Shown here piece by piece: positions 1 through 10,633 of a DNA stretch of 64,000 bases. The notes below the pieces were generated by a model, which did not search any database, was not told where the DNA came from, and saw nothing but the letters and a program-made list of their open reading frames with translations. A program made the position numbers and the translations under genes. The first letter of the stretch is position 1. Each line of letters begins with the position of its first letter. The stretch is from IMG/VR virus record IMGVR_UViG_3300044612_002689, one strand, 5' to 3'. The stretch is from an uncultured virus (IMG/VR IMGVR_UViG_3300044612_002689) (Duplodnaviria > Heunggongvirae > Uroviricota > Caudoviricetes).

Positions 1-2
1 CG

Positions 3-287
3 CTCGATAGAGGGTTAGGACAAAATATAAATGTGTCTGCATTAAGATCACAAATCCAACAAGAAAATGGTGTAATTTCCTTATCTGGCATATTCTTTTT
101 CAATAAAGTTGGAGGTGAGTATTCTTCATCTCAAACTTCTCAACAATATGAAGATCCAGAAACAAAACTAATTAAACTAATTGCAGATACAATTTTTGCG
201 GAACCATCACAAATTTACCAAGTAAGATTTCCTTCTAAGGACATTAGAGTTAGTGTATTAAATTTAAAGACAGTCAACTTTAGTTAA
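3..287 (+). CDS. C-terminal part of a probable baseplate wedge protein (truncated at window start)
   Basis: Frame is open from position 3 (LDRGLGQNINVSALRSQI...), so the GTG at 33 is probably internal. Sits directly before the tail/baseplate cluster; product inferred from context. Confidence 0.45.
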   Translation, partial: LDRGLGQNINVSALRSQIQQENGVISLSGIFFFNKVGGEYSSSQTSQQYEDPETKLIKLIADTIFAEPSQIYQVRFPSKDIRVSVLNLKTVNFS

Positions 288-359
288 TACAACACCTTTC
301 AAAGGTTTTCATTACACTTTTCAAAAATTGATTATATCTTTTAAAAATACGAAATAAAC

Positions 360-366
360 TATTTAT
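360..366 (+). promoter_or_regulatory. TATTTAT putative late promoter motif
   Basis: 14 nt upstream of ATG 381; the motif recurs before many structural genes. Confidence 0.55.
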
Positions 367-380
367 TTTTAAAAGACCAA

Positions 381-3300
381 ATGCCTAAATCTGTAAGGAT
401 TAAAACTACCCCGGGAAACGAAAAAAGTCTCAAAGTAATGTTAGAACAGGACTTCGAGTTTCTGGAAATTCTTTCTCTAAAACTAAATCAAGCAGACATA
501 TACACTAGAGTTTGTTCTGATTATGGAGTTGTAGTAGGTAGAGTATTTGTTAACGGAGGATATGGTTTACCAAATGCACGAGTTTCAGTTTTTGTCCCAA
601 TCGAAGATGTTGATTTAAATAACCCTATAATTTCTGAATTATACCCTTACACATTTATTTCAGATGTAAACGAAGAAGGTTATAGATATAATTTACTCCC
701 GAAAGAACCACAGTACAATGGACATGTACCAACAGGTTCTTTTCCAACAAAACAAGAAGTTCTTATAGACAACACTTATATTGAAGTTTTTGACAAATAT
801 TATCGTTATACAGTTAAAACTAATGAAAGTGGGGATTACATGATTTTTGGTGTTCCAGTAGGTACTCAAACATTGGTAATGGATGTTGATCTTTCAGACA
901 TTGGTTGTTTTTCCTTAAGTCCACAGGATTTAATACAGGCTGGGGTGGCAAGTGAAGATCAAGTAAATGGATCTAAATTTAAAAGTTCCACTAACTTAAA
1001 TGAATTACCTCAAATAATTTCACTAAACAAAATATTAGAAATTGCACCTTTATGGGGAGAACCTGAAATTTGTCAATTGGGTATTACAAGAGCGGATTTT
1101 GATTTAACGGCATCTGCAAATATATCAATACAACCAACCTCAATTTTTATGGGATCTGTCATATCTACCACAGATGACGATTCGGTAAAACCAAGTTGTA
1201 AACCAAAAAATAATACTGGAAACCTGTGTGAATTAGTGGCAGGACCCGGTCAAATTTTATCTATTCGACAGACAATCGACACAGACCAATACGGATATCC
1301 AATATTAGAACAATATGATTTAGAACAAAACGGAAAAATTATTGATGACAACGGTACATTTTTAGTTAATTTACCAATGAATTTGGACTATGTTTACACT
1401 AATGAATATGGTCAACAAGTTCTATCAAACGATCCCAAAATAGGAATACCCACTACTGGAAAATATAGATTCAAGTTCAAATGGCAAAATGAACAAGGTC
1501 TAAAGAATAATTTTTTAAGGGGTAATTATTTAGTACCAAATGTTAAAGAGTATGGTTGGTCAAATGCGTCAAATGACCCATTTATTACCCAACCACCAAC
1601 CGTTCTCAGTTATAATTTGGTTCCTGGTTTCACTATCCAAACAATACCCATTGCTACAAATGGTGGTTTAGTTCTTGACAATTCAGTTAATTCACAAAGT
1701 ATTTCTGTTACAATTGGTGGTATACCATATTTTGGTGATGTAAATGTCATTCCAATTACAACGGCACCAACTAACGTGGTTGTGACTTCAATACCTCAAG
1801 ATGTTAACAGTTCTCAAATATTGAACTTTTTATTTTATGATCAGGGACCTTTTGACGTTTTAAGATCTTATGCTTTTTCATTAGATTGGGACGATTATGG
1901 TGATTCAAATATGATCCAGGAGGCAATAAATTGTGAAGATAGATTCTATTTGTTTAACTACAATAAAGTTTACACAACATCTTTATTTTTAGATCGATAC
2001 AAAAATGGAGTAGGTAGAGCGAGACATCTAGGTATAAAAGAAATTGATAATAGAACATGTAAGTCGACGGTTAATACGTTCCCTGCAAATGACATCATAA
2101 GAAACTTTGATTTTTTGTTTTTTCTTTTCAATTTTTTATTGAATGTTTTAACCCCGGCACTTTTGGCCGTGCTTTGGTTGGCTCACTTTATTGCTAAGTT
2201 TTGGCCTGTTTTTAAAAATTTAGGAAAAACACTTAGAAGATTATTAATAATTGGAACTGTTTATTATTGGGCACTTGTGGTTTGGAATCTTTCCGCTGCT
2301 ATAGTAGCATTACTGCCCATTCCTTCAGGCCTATCTATTTCGTTTTATGTGGGTTTTGGAATTTCACTTGTAAAGGCTATAGGGGTAAGTATTCTTCTTA
2401 GATTTTACAACCAAAGAGTTTATCCTTTTTTACAACATGTTATTCTAGACCTTAGAAGAATAGGTCTTCCTATGATTTCTTATCCTGAATGTGAGTCATG
2501 TGATTGTAATTGCGGATTTGCTGAAATAGGAGAACAATTTACCCCGGACACATTTGATCAAGAATTGCAAGCCGAACTATCAGTTTATTCACAAACAGGA
2601 GTACAAATTTTGGGTCAATCGACTTCATTTCTGGCACCAGTTAACATGTCATCTGCGTATGATGTCACTCACCCAAATTTAGAAATTATACCAGGTTATC
2701 AATATGGTGATGCTGATAATGGATATTTCAGGTGTGGTGGTACCGGTCAATACAAATCATTAGCATGGGCAATCGACAATAATCAAGTGGATCAAACAGT
2801 TGTGACTAAAGCCCAGGCAGATTTTTTAAGATTATTTTCGGGTTACGATGTTTTAGGAGGTAGTGAATTTAATAAGTATCACGCACCTCAACCATTTTTA
2901 TTCGCGGCAGACAAAAGTCCTGGTCAGGATGATAGGTGGTTTGGATTCCCAACAAAACAGACTTATCCTCAAAGATTAAATGAATTTAATTTAAGAGACA
3001 AATATTTTAACCCAAATCCAGGAACTCCTGGAGTAAATCAAATTACAACTACAGTGAACCCTCAACTTGCGGGGTCACAACCTTTCAAAGATCAGGTTGT
3101 AATTCTATTAGCAAGACCTGGTACAATAGATACAGTGTTTCCAGGGGATTTAATAACTTTTCAGGATCCAAATTTTTCGAACGGACAAGTTGTGTCCAGA
3201 AAAGTAAACTTAACAGGTGCAACTTCGAACCAATTTTTAAATAATGCGGTAACAGGAACAACACTATTATCACCATTTCCATTAGGTTCATTGACACCAA

Positions 3301-5942
3301 CACCTATTTCTCAAACCATTTCATATGCAAATCCAAACAACCAATCTAATAATTTATTTTCAACAATTAAAATATTACAAACAGGAACCACTAGTCCCGC
3401 ACTTACAAAAGAGGATTTTTTAAAATACGATACAGATGTTGAATATTTTCAGTTATTAACGGGATTAACAGTAAATCAATTTTATGCATTAGATTCAAAT
3501 ACACTTGGTTATTTTCCGCAATCCTATTTGAAACACCAAATTCAAATTGTTATTTTAGATCCATGTGGACCATCAACTACTTTTCCTACCAATGGTAATC
3601 CAGTTATTCTACCTACAAATATTTCTTCCAACTATAATCCAAATGCAGGAGCAAATTCAATACAATCAAACAACTTTGTTGCATTGGAAAATATGGCTAA
3701 TTACGATTCATATGAAGTTTTAATTTTAACAAGAGGAGTCGATCCTCATACCACAAAACAAAATATTGAATACGATTTATCGGTTTTATTTGGTTATCCC
3801 TCCGCACCTGGAACAGTTATGGTTTCAGGTGACTACTATCTTAATTATCCAATCCAAGGGGTTGGTGTCAATGCACTTTCCCACATTTCAACAAATAACA
3901 CAACAAACTTACTTTATTTTCCATCTTTTACTTTTTCAATTTCCCCACCAACACCAGGAAATCCAAATTATACTGCTTTTACATCTCCACTACCATATTA
4001 TTATCTTGCTACTAGTGATACAACAGTACCTTCTGGTCTTGCATATGTTCCAGTAAATAACTTTCAAACGGTATCTTCATTAACCTTCCCTGGTAATAAT
4101 TCAATCACAACTGCGAATAATTTTGTTTTACCACAGTCGGTATCTAGATATATAGGAGGTGGACCATTTATTGCGGCAGAATTTAATGTACCGATTAATT
4201 CATTGAGTTTTTATGATAACGTACCTAATTTAAGTGATTATGGATATCCATTGAATAACTCGGTATCTGCAAATATTTATGCACTTTATTCACAGGCATA
4301 TTTTAAATACACATTGTCACAAGTAAATTTCTCAGATAGAACAAGGATTGTTATGAGGAGTGATAGATTACCAACATCTACTTGTATAGAAGATGGTCCT
4401 GGTATTAGAACAAGTTTTGCACTGCACCAAAACAATAATTTTTGTTACTTCTTAGATGCTGGTGTTGGTTTCGAACAAAGTCAAAATTTTGGAGGTTCTT
4501 TTGACCCATCTGAATTCTTGGATCAATTTAGTGGAAATACATCACTGACAAATACCTTTACATGTGAAGGTATGAAACCGTTACAATGTTACACCGGAAG
4601 TGGTAGAAATGTGGGGGTTTATCCTACGGGCCAATGTCCAGTTCCAGATGACATCATGATAAATGGTTGTTACTGTCTTTTAAATGAAGAATATCTTTTC
4701 GAGGGATATAAAAGAGATGTTAGATATTTTTTAGAATGGAAAGCAAGATTTATTTTGATGTATGCGTTATGTAGAGGAGTTTTCGCACAAACATTTCAAA
4801 ACAATTGGATTAATGGTGTTTTGTACATGCCGTCGTTTACCAAACGTTCTGTATATCCATCTTTAAATAATATATCAAATCCAACGTATGTGTTCTGTAA
4901 AGATTTTATTTATTTTAATACCGCATCTAACAACTTTTATTATAGAAGTTCACCATACAGTAAATCTTTGAATTCTTTTATTGGAAAAAAAATGAATCTT
5001 CCACCATTAACTTTGGGTGTGAATCCTGGATATAACGACAAACAAATACAATTTCCAACAACCATACTCGATTTGGGACCGAGAGACTTCTTTATTAAAG
5101 AAATTTGTAGTAACCCCGCTTTTGGATCATATTTTTCAAATGAACTTGTTTCTACTTCATATAATGATCAAGGTGAAATTGTACAGTTCGGATTTTTGTC
5201 TAGATTATTGAATTCTTGGTTCAGAGGACTAATGATTCCTGATTCCAGTGGTATTTTATTCAACTGGGACACAGGACTAAACAAGTTCTTTGATAGTGCA
5301 CGAGGGGGGTCAAGAATAGATGGGGACATAGCACAATCAATATCCATTAATTCTGAGTTCAAAATAAATCCTTTTTATGATGAAAATTACCCACTACCAA
5401 CGGATGTTTATCTAGGAGATGATGGTATACCACCTAACTTTAAACCTGTATTTGGTGTTTTTTACAGATCTAATTTTGATGAGTATAGTACTAGAAGAGA
5501 AATGAGTCCCGGATTACAAATTTACAACTTATTACCATTAATTCAAACACCTTTTGGTTATCCAAACTCACAAGAAGTACCAACTTATAAGTGGCAACTT
5601 ACCACGTCACTAAGAATATTTGGTACAGAAAACAACAATTGGTATACTCAGGCAAACCAAAACGTGACTAACAATGGATTTATATCCAAAAAATACCAAT
5701 CATTTGATTTCAACACCGATTATTTCACAACCGCAACACTTGTTTCACCAAACTTTTTACCTAACTTACCTCAAGGTTATATTACAAATTTTAATGCATT
5801 GGGACAAACGGACGAAAACGTACCTCAAAACAATAACTTAGTGGTTGTTGGATTACCTAATCACATGTATTTTGGTTTGAACAATGGAAAAACCGCAGTA
5901 AATAGGTTTATTAAACTTTATGTAGACACAGCAGAACAATAA
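381..5942 (+). CDS. Large virion structural protein (1853 aa) with N-terminal carboxypeptidase-regulatory-like beta-sandwich and central hydrophobic segments
   Basis: GVVVGRVFVNGGYGLPNARVSVF and KTNESGDYMIFGVPVG motifs; TM-like stretches at about 2106-2405; located in the structural cluster. Confidence 0.55.
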   Translation: MPKSVRIKTTPGNEKSLKVMLEQDFEFLEILSLKLNQADIYTRVCSDYGVVVGRVFVNGGYGLPNARVSVFVPIEDVDLNNPIISELYPYTFISDVNEEGYRYNLLPKEPQYNGHVPTGSFPTKQEVLIDNTYIEVFDKYYRYTVKTNESGDYMIFGVPVGTQTLVMDVDLSDIGCFSLSPQDLIQAGVASEDQVNGSKFKSSTNLNELPQIISLNKILEIAPLWGEPEICQLGITRADFDLTASANISIQPTSIFMGSVISTTDDDSVKPSCKPKNNTGNLCELVAGPGQILSIRQTIDTDQYGYPILEQYDLEQNGKIIDDNGTFLVNLPMNLDYVYTNEYGQQVLSNDPKIGIPTTGKYRFKFKWQNEQGLKNNFLRGNYLVPNVKEYGWSNASNDPFITQPPTVLSYNLVPGFTIQTIPIATNGGLVLDNSVNSQSISVTIGGIPYFGDVNVIPITTAPTNVVVTSIPQDVNSSQILNFLFYDQGPFDVLRSYAFSLDWDDYGDSNMIQEAINCEDRFYLFNYNKVYTTSLFLDRYKNGVGRARHLGIKEIDNRTCKSTVNTFPANDIIRNFDFLFFLFNFLLNVLTPALLAVLWLAHFIAKFWPVFKNLGKTLRRLLIIGTVYYWALVVWNLSAAIVALLPIPSGLSISFYVGFGISLVKAIGVSILLRFYNQRVYPFLQHVILDLRRIGLPMISYPECESCDCNCGFAEIGEQFTPDTFDQELQAELSVYSQTGVQILGQSTSFLAPVNMSSAYDVTHPNLEIIPGYQYGDADNGYFRCGGTGQYKSLAWAIDNNQVDQTVVTKAQADFLRLFSGYDVLGGSEFNKYHAPQPFLFAADKSPGQDDRWFGFPTKQTYPQRLNEFNLRDKYFNPNPGTPGVNQITTTVNPQLAGSQPFKDQVVILLARPGTIDTVFPGDLITFQDPNFSNGQVVSRKVNLTGATSNQFLNNAVTGTTLLSPFPLGSLTPTPISQTISYANPNNQSNNLFSTIKILQTGTTSPALTKEDFLKYDTDVEYFQLLTGLTVNQFYALDSNTLGYFPQSYLKHQIQIVILDPCGPSTTFPTNGNPVILPTNISSNYNPNAGANSIQSNNFVALENMANYDSYEVLILTRGVDPHTTKQNIEYDLSVLFGYPSAPGTVMVSGDYYLNYPIQGVGVNALSHISTNNTTNLLYFPSFTFSISPPTPGNPNYTAFTSPLPYYYLATSDTTVPSGLAYVPVNNFQTVSSLTFPGNNSITTANNFVLPQSVSRYIGGGPFIAAEFNVPINSLSFYDNVPNLSDYGYPLNNSVSANIYALYSQAYFKYTLSQVNFSDRTRIVMRSDRLPTSTCIEDGPGIRTSFALHQNNNFCYFLDAGVGFEQSQNFGGSFDPSEFLDQFSGNTSLTNTFTCEGMKPLQCYTGSGRNVGVYPTGQCPVPDDIMINGCYCLLNEEYLFEGYKRDVRYFLEWKARFILMYALCRGVFAQTFQNNWINGVLYMPSFTKRSVYPSLNNISNPTYVFCKDFIYFNTASNNFYYRSSPYSKSLNSFIGKKMNLPPLTLGVNPGYNDKQIQFPTTILDLGPRDFFIKEICSNPAFGSYFSNELVSTSYNDQGEIVQFGFLSRLLNSWFRGLMIPDSSGILFNWDTGLNKFFDSARGGSRIDGDIAQSISINSEFKINPFYDENYPLPTDVYLGDDGIPPNFKPVFGVFYRSNFDEYSTRREMSPGLQIYNLLPLIQTPFGYPNSQEVPTYKWQLTTSLRIFGTENNNWYTQANQNVTNNGFISKKYQSFDFNTDYFTTATLVSPNFLPNLPQGYITNFNALGQTDENVPQNNNLVVVGLPNHMYFGLNNGKTAVNRFIKLYVDTAEQ

Positions 5943-7693
5943 TGGCAGTAAATGATTCAGATAGAATAATTTTAGGATCTAAAAGATACGCATCGGCACC
6001 AAATACTTTGTTGTCAACAATTTTGTCTTTATCACAAAATCAAAAAGAAATTATAGAGTTTGATAGAAATGTAGACATAAGTTTACAAGAAACTTTTAAT
6101 GAAGAAAGACAAATTTCCACAACTTTCAGACCAACTGGAAAGTTTTATTTGGTTTTTAAAAATTCCTATACTGGAAAAACTTCTTATACCCCTTTCAGAA
6201 ATAATTTGTACTACACAAATGCAGTACAAAATGCTGTAGCGTCTTTTCCACCGCCAGTACCATTTAATTCGCCTATTTTATGGGAAGGGTTTCCTCAATT
6301 TTTTGAGTTTGATTTTATCAGATTGGATAACAATGTTCCTGGATATACACAACCCCCAAATAATCATTTAACTTTTGTTAATAAAAGTGCTTCAACATAT
6401 AATTGGACTCACTATTTGAGTTATGCCTATGATAATGATTTCAATAAACAATTATATACAGTCGACCCCAATTCACTAGTTTCTTGGTCATGGCAAGTTC
6501 AGGATGGAATACCATTTGTAATTACGGTAGGTAATAATGATTTGACAAGAGTTATTAGATTTAAATGTCCAATGAAACACGGTCTTACTGAAGGGGAGTT
6601 TGTTGAATTGTCATTTAGTTATAATGGAAATAATCTGTTTCAAGTTTCAAGTCTTGGAGATCCAAACTTTGGCAGTGATGAATACATTTTTAATATCACA
6701 AATGTTGGATTTGTAGGTTTAACTTTTAATTCTGGAAATATTGGATTATTCAAAAGAGTTATAAATAATCAAAATATATCTGAAACAAAATCAATTTATT
6801 ATGTGAGAAGACACAAAATTTTAACAAATGTTGAGGATTCTGTTTTGATGAACGCTGGTTTTGAAAAAAACATATATGGTGATAAAACCAAAACTGAGGA
6901 AGCGGTTTTAACTCCTAACAACCAAACGAGAACCTCTGTTTTGGAGGGGTCTCAATCTTATACATTATCTTTTAATACTGACCTTGATACTTCACCATTT
7001 AGAGATAATCAAAAAAGACCTATAACTGAAATATTTTTTACAACGATTTGGAAAGGTTATTTTGGTTGGACTAAAAATCTTAAACAGGGGTATAAGTTTA
7101 ATTTACCCTTAATTAATAATTCACCGAATCCTTGGTGGGACACTTTCAACCCTTTTTCAAATTCTAACTTAAACACAGGAACCTATAATAGTTCTACTTT
7201 ACCTAGTGCTGGACCTTTCATTTATACGGAAAATCTAAAAAGAGGTGACATACTTGATGGTGATGTATGTGAATGGAATAATTACGATCAAAAAGAAAGA
7301 GTTGTTTCAACCCTATTTCATAAAATCAATTTTAATACAAATTGGTTTTCTTTAATGAATATGGGACCTAAGACAAATCAATTCGGATATTATTATCAAC
7401 CACATCAAACATTAACTTTAAAAACATATTCTACATATATTGAAGAAGGTTTTACTAATGATATAGTAAATATGCCTGATTATGCATATTATTCAAATCT
7501 TTCAGATGGATTCAGATGGAGAGACATCTATCCCTATGGATTCATAGATAATGAAGGGGTTGGAGTTGATTATCCATTCATGAACGGAAAACATTATCCT
7601 TTTAAAGATATAATATTTAGAATTATACCAGAAGGAACCAATGTTGATAACTTAGATGTAATTTCAGATCCTATTATAGATGAGTGTGAATAA
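5942..7693 (+). CDS. Putative structural (baseplate/tail) protein, 583 aa
   Basis: Long ORF coupled to upstream gene (TAATG overlap); aromatic, N/T-rich composition. Confidence 0.5.
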   Translation: MAVNDSDRIILGSKRYASAPNTLLSTILSLSQNQKEIIEFDRNVDISLQETFNEERQISTTFRPTGKFYLVFKNSYTGKTSYTPFRNNLYYTNAVQNAVASFPPPVPFNSPILWEGFPQFFEFDFIRLDNNVPGYTQPPNNHLTFVNKSASTYNWTHYLSYAYDNDFNKQLYTVDPNSLVSWSWQVQDGIPFVITVGNNDLTRVIRFKCPMKHGLTEGEFVELSFSYNGNNLFQVSSLGDPNFGSDEYIFNITNVGFVGLTFNSGNIGLFKRVINNQNISETKSIYYVRRHKILTNVEDSVLMNAGFEKNIYGDKTKTEEAVLTPNNQTRTSVLEGSQSYTLSFNTDLDTSPFRDNQKRPITEIFFTTIWKGYFGWTKNLKQGYKFNLPLINNSPNPWWDTFNPFSNSNLNTGTYNSSTLPSAGPFIYTENLKRGDILDGDVCEWNNYDQKERVVSTLFHKINFNTNWFSLMNMGPKTNQFGYYYQPHQTLTLKTYSTYIEEGFTNDIVNMPDYAYYSNLSDGFRWRDIYPYGFIDNEGVGVDYPFMNGKHYPFKDIIFRIIPEGTNVDNLDVISDPIIDECE

Positions 7694-8504
7694 ATATAAA
7701 ATATTGTTACCCGAGAACAACAAATATTTAGATATCCCTTTGGAAATGAATTGGGATTTTTTAGGTAGAGATGATTCAATTCAGACCTATCAAAATGAGA
7801 TTCTCAAAGACATTATAGGTAATGCTAATGACTTTGAAATATTACAATTTACCCATAAAGAATATATAGATAGTTCTGGATATAAAAAAAGTGCGGTAAA
7901 TTATGAATTTTATTTTTATGACAATTCAAATCCCGTTACAAGTCCAGTAGTGACACCAGCAAATTGGATTAATAGTTATTTGGATGAAGGGTTTACCACC
8001 CAAGAAGTCTATTATTACTCGAATTCGTTTACGAAATCATTTTTTAAATTAGATTTTTATGATACACCACAAGACCAAACCCAAAAGAATTATTTTACAA
8101 TTATATTACCTGTTCAACAAGGTTTTACACAGAGCGTATCAATATCTCCAGTGTTTCCCCTGGTAGACATAAAAAAACCAAAATTTCAATTAGACTTTAT
8201 TGGTGACAAAGAGGGATTTAACATTTATTGGTTAAGAAAAAAAGATTATGTCGATATCAGTACTTTTTATATGAGTGCAAAATTCTTTAATGCAAAGACC
8301 GGTGAATATGTAAAAATGACAAATACACCGCAACCCTCTATAGGAAACCTTTTTACTTTTAATCCAGAAGATTACTTTTATTATAAAGTAAATTTAGATT
8401 ATCCCAAGTTCAATTATGAAGTATTAACAACTTCCACTCCAAATATTGTAATTGGATTGGATGGGGGATTACCCATAAGATGGTATGAATATATAAATCC
8501 TTAA
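7680..8504 (+). CDS. Putative structural protein, 274 aa
   Basis: Overlaps upstream gene within the structural operon. Confidence 0.5.
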   Translation: MSVNKYKILLPENNKYLDIPLEMNWDFLGRDDSIQTYQNEILKDIIGNANDFEILQFTHKEYIDSSGYKKSAVNYEFYFYDNSNPVTSPVVTPANWINSYLDEGFTTQEVYYYSNSFTKSFFKLDFYDTPQDQTQKNYFTIILPVQQGFTQSVSISPVFPLVDIKKPKFQLDFIGDKEGFNIYWLRKKDYVDISTFYMSAKFFNAKTGEYVKMTNTPQPSIGNLFTFNPEDYFYYKVNLDYPKFNYEVLTTSTPNIVIGLDGGLPIRWYEYINP

Positions 8505-8508
8505 TAAA

Positions 8509-9681
8509 GTGGAAGAACAAAGATATTATTTTAAGATTTCTCCGGAAAATATAATTGGTGATATTTTTCAGGTCACGTATGTTGGTGGAGTTGATGTAAA
8601 ATCAATTATAGATCCCTGTTGTTCTACAACAGCATTTACCTCGACAACAATAACAGGTATCACAGGTGTATATTCGGGAATGTCTCAAGTCTTATCTGGA
8701 GGAACAAACGGTAATTCATTACTTACGGGACTGACTGTTCCAATAGTATTAACTCAAGTTGCAACCGACATTGGATACTACTCACTTTTTGATGGTGCTA
8801 TTCTACAAAAAGATGTTATAACAAATTTTGTTTTCTCAGGATTAACAGGAACCCCTTATACATATTTTGTTTTAAATAGTTCAGATACGGAGTTCAAAAA
8901 GTTTCTAAGTTTAACAACATTTACTATTGATTGGGGCGATGGTACTGCACTACAAACAATAACTGGAAATTTACCCATTTCTCACACCTATCCCGTAACA
9001 TCACAAACTTATCAAATTACTTTAAAGGCAAATTCACCATGGGGAATTTCCACGGTAACAAAAACCATAACAATACCCTACACAAATGTTACAATAAGTA
9101 ACCCAAATGGGACGGCAACATTCCAACCAGCAGGAGGTAGTTGGTCGGCAACATCATTTAGTTATGATTATATTTACACAGGAGACTCTAATACAAACAT
9201 AAATGATTATTACAGTTCGAATTATACAACAGTACCCTTTTTGGTTACAGGTTACACACAAAGTCAAGTTAATGATCTAAAACAATATGGACCAGCATCA
9301 TCCCTTTACGCGAGTAAATTTAAAGTCGGTGTCCCAGTTACTGGTAGTTCTGGTACTATTGGTGTTTTCTGGGGACCAGATCCAACAGGATCCTACACAG
9401 CATATACTATAAATAATATTGATTATTATGATTATGTGGATGGAACAACTATTTTCATTGTTAGTTCATCAGGTTATACTTCAGATAATATAATATTATC
9501 GGCAATCACAAAAAATGAGGCATTACTAAATGTAATTGATGAGGCTGAAATTTTAAGTAGTGTTTTTGTCGAAAGGGGTAAAAACTCGGCATATGAGAGT
9601 GTCCAAAGATTGGGTGAAGTGGATACATTGGGGGATTTACAAAAATACGGTTATGGTTTTTTTAATATAGAAAAACAGTGA
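8509..9681 (+). CDS. Structural protein with PKD-like Ig domain
   Basis: TIDWGDGT...ISHTY...YQITL PKD-like signature; T/S/G-rich. Confidence 0.6.
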   Translation: MEEQRYYFKISPENIIGDIFQVTYVGGVDVKSIIDPCCSTTAFTSTTITGITGVYSGMSQVLSGGTNGNSLLTGLTVPIVLTQVATDIGYYSLFDGAILQKDVITNFVFSGLTGTPYTYFVLNSSDTEFKKFLSLTTFTIDWGDGTALQTITGNLPISHTYPVTSQTYQITLKANSPWGISTVTKTITIPYTNVTISNPNGTATFQPAGGSWSATSFSYDYIYTGDSNTNINDYYSSNYTTVPFLVTGYTQSQVNDLKQYGPASSLYASKFKVGVPVTGSSGTIGVFWGPDPTGSYTAYTINNIDYYDYVDGTTIFIVSSSGYTSDNIILSAITKNEALLNVIDEAEILSSVFVERGKNSAYESVQRLGEVDTLGDLQKYGYGFFNIEKQ

Positions 9682-9688
9682 AATTAGG

Positions 9689-9695
9689 TATTTAT
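9689..9695 (+). promoter_or_regulatory. TATTTAT putative late promoter motif
   Basis: Intergenic, 29 nt upstream of GTG 9725. Confidence 0.5.
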
Positions 9696-9724
9696 AAAAA
9701 TAAACAAGAAAAAATTAGAAATAA

Positions 9725-10633
9725 GTGGCAACAGGTAATTACGGAACAATAAGAAGTGCTGATGTCAGTCCAGATGATGTTGAAATCATCTTGAATTATA
9801 CACCATCAAGAGATGAAACAAATAATTTTGTATTAACAAAATTAAATGCAAGTCAAATTTTGAGACCATACTTCCATAACAATCAAACAGGTGGAAACGC
9901 TAATGTTGAGGTATTAGGTGGTTTATATAACCTACAATTACCGGCAGACAGATTTAACCAACTTGGTATTTATACACTTTATATAAGACCTGCTGAAATT
10001 AGAACTAGAATAACTGATTGTGGTATTTTATCGGCTCTTCCGAATGTGAAAGGAATTGTTATTGACATAAACAATGTTCCATCACAATACCGTAATAAGT
10101 TTATAAATCAAGGTTTAGTGGGATTCAGAGTTGAGTATCTGAATCCTGATGGGTCGAAAATACCTAATTTTTTTAGAATTGTTACTTCCTCATTTTATTG
10201 TGAACCAGTGATTGAAAATTTAACAAACACATCTCAGAAGGCAATCAGATACAGATATGTGGAAACCTCATCAAATTTAATGTTTTGTACTCTATCACCA
10301 TCTTCATCTCCTACTAATAAACCAAACGCAACACCTTTCATTGGACAACCAGATCAAAACATAATAATTACTAATACCTTTTTCAACCCCACCACAGTTG
10401 AGGTTGAAATTGTTGATCAGGATATTTCCACACTTGCAATTGCACTTTATGGTAATCAAACTAAGTCGATGGACGATGGAATTTATACAATCTATGACTC
10501 TAACAATAACATTTACAAACAATACAATTTATATGAAATTAGGGGTCAATTTAATGATCTTCTTTATGAAGTGAGACAAGATAGGGGATCTAATATTGAT
10601 TTCAGTAAAAACTTTACAAATATTACAGGATAA
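9725..10633 (+). CDS. Putative structural protein, 302 aa
   Basis: Long ORF in the tail module, coupled to the next gene. Confidence 0.5.
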   Translation: MATGNYGTIRSADVSPDDVEIILNYTPSRDETNNFVLTKLNASQILRPYFHNNQTGGNANVEVLGGLYNLQLPADRFNQLGIYTLYIRPAEIRTRITDCGILSALPNVKGIVIDINNVPSQYRNKFINQGLVGFRVEYLNPDGSKIPNFFRIVTSSFYCEPVIENLTNTSQKAIRYRYVETSSNLMFCTLSPSSSPTNKPNATPFIGQPDQNIIITNTFFNPTTVEVEIVDQDISTLAIALYGNQTKSMDDGIYTIYDSNNNIYKQYNLYEIRGQFNDLLYEVRQDRGSNIDFSKNFTNITG

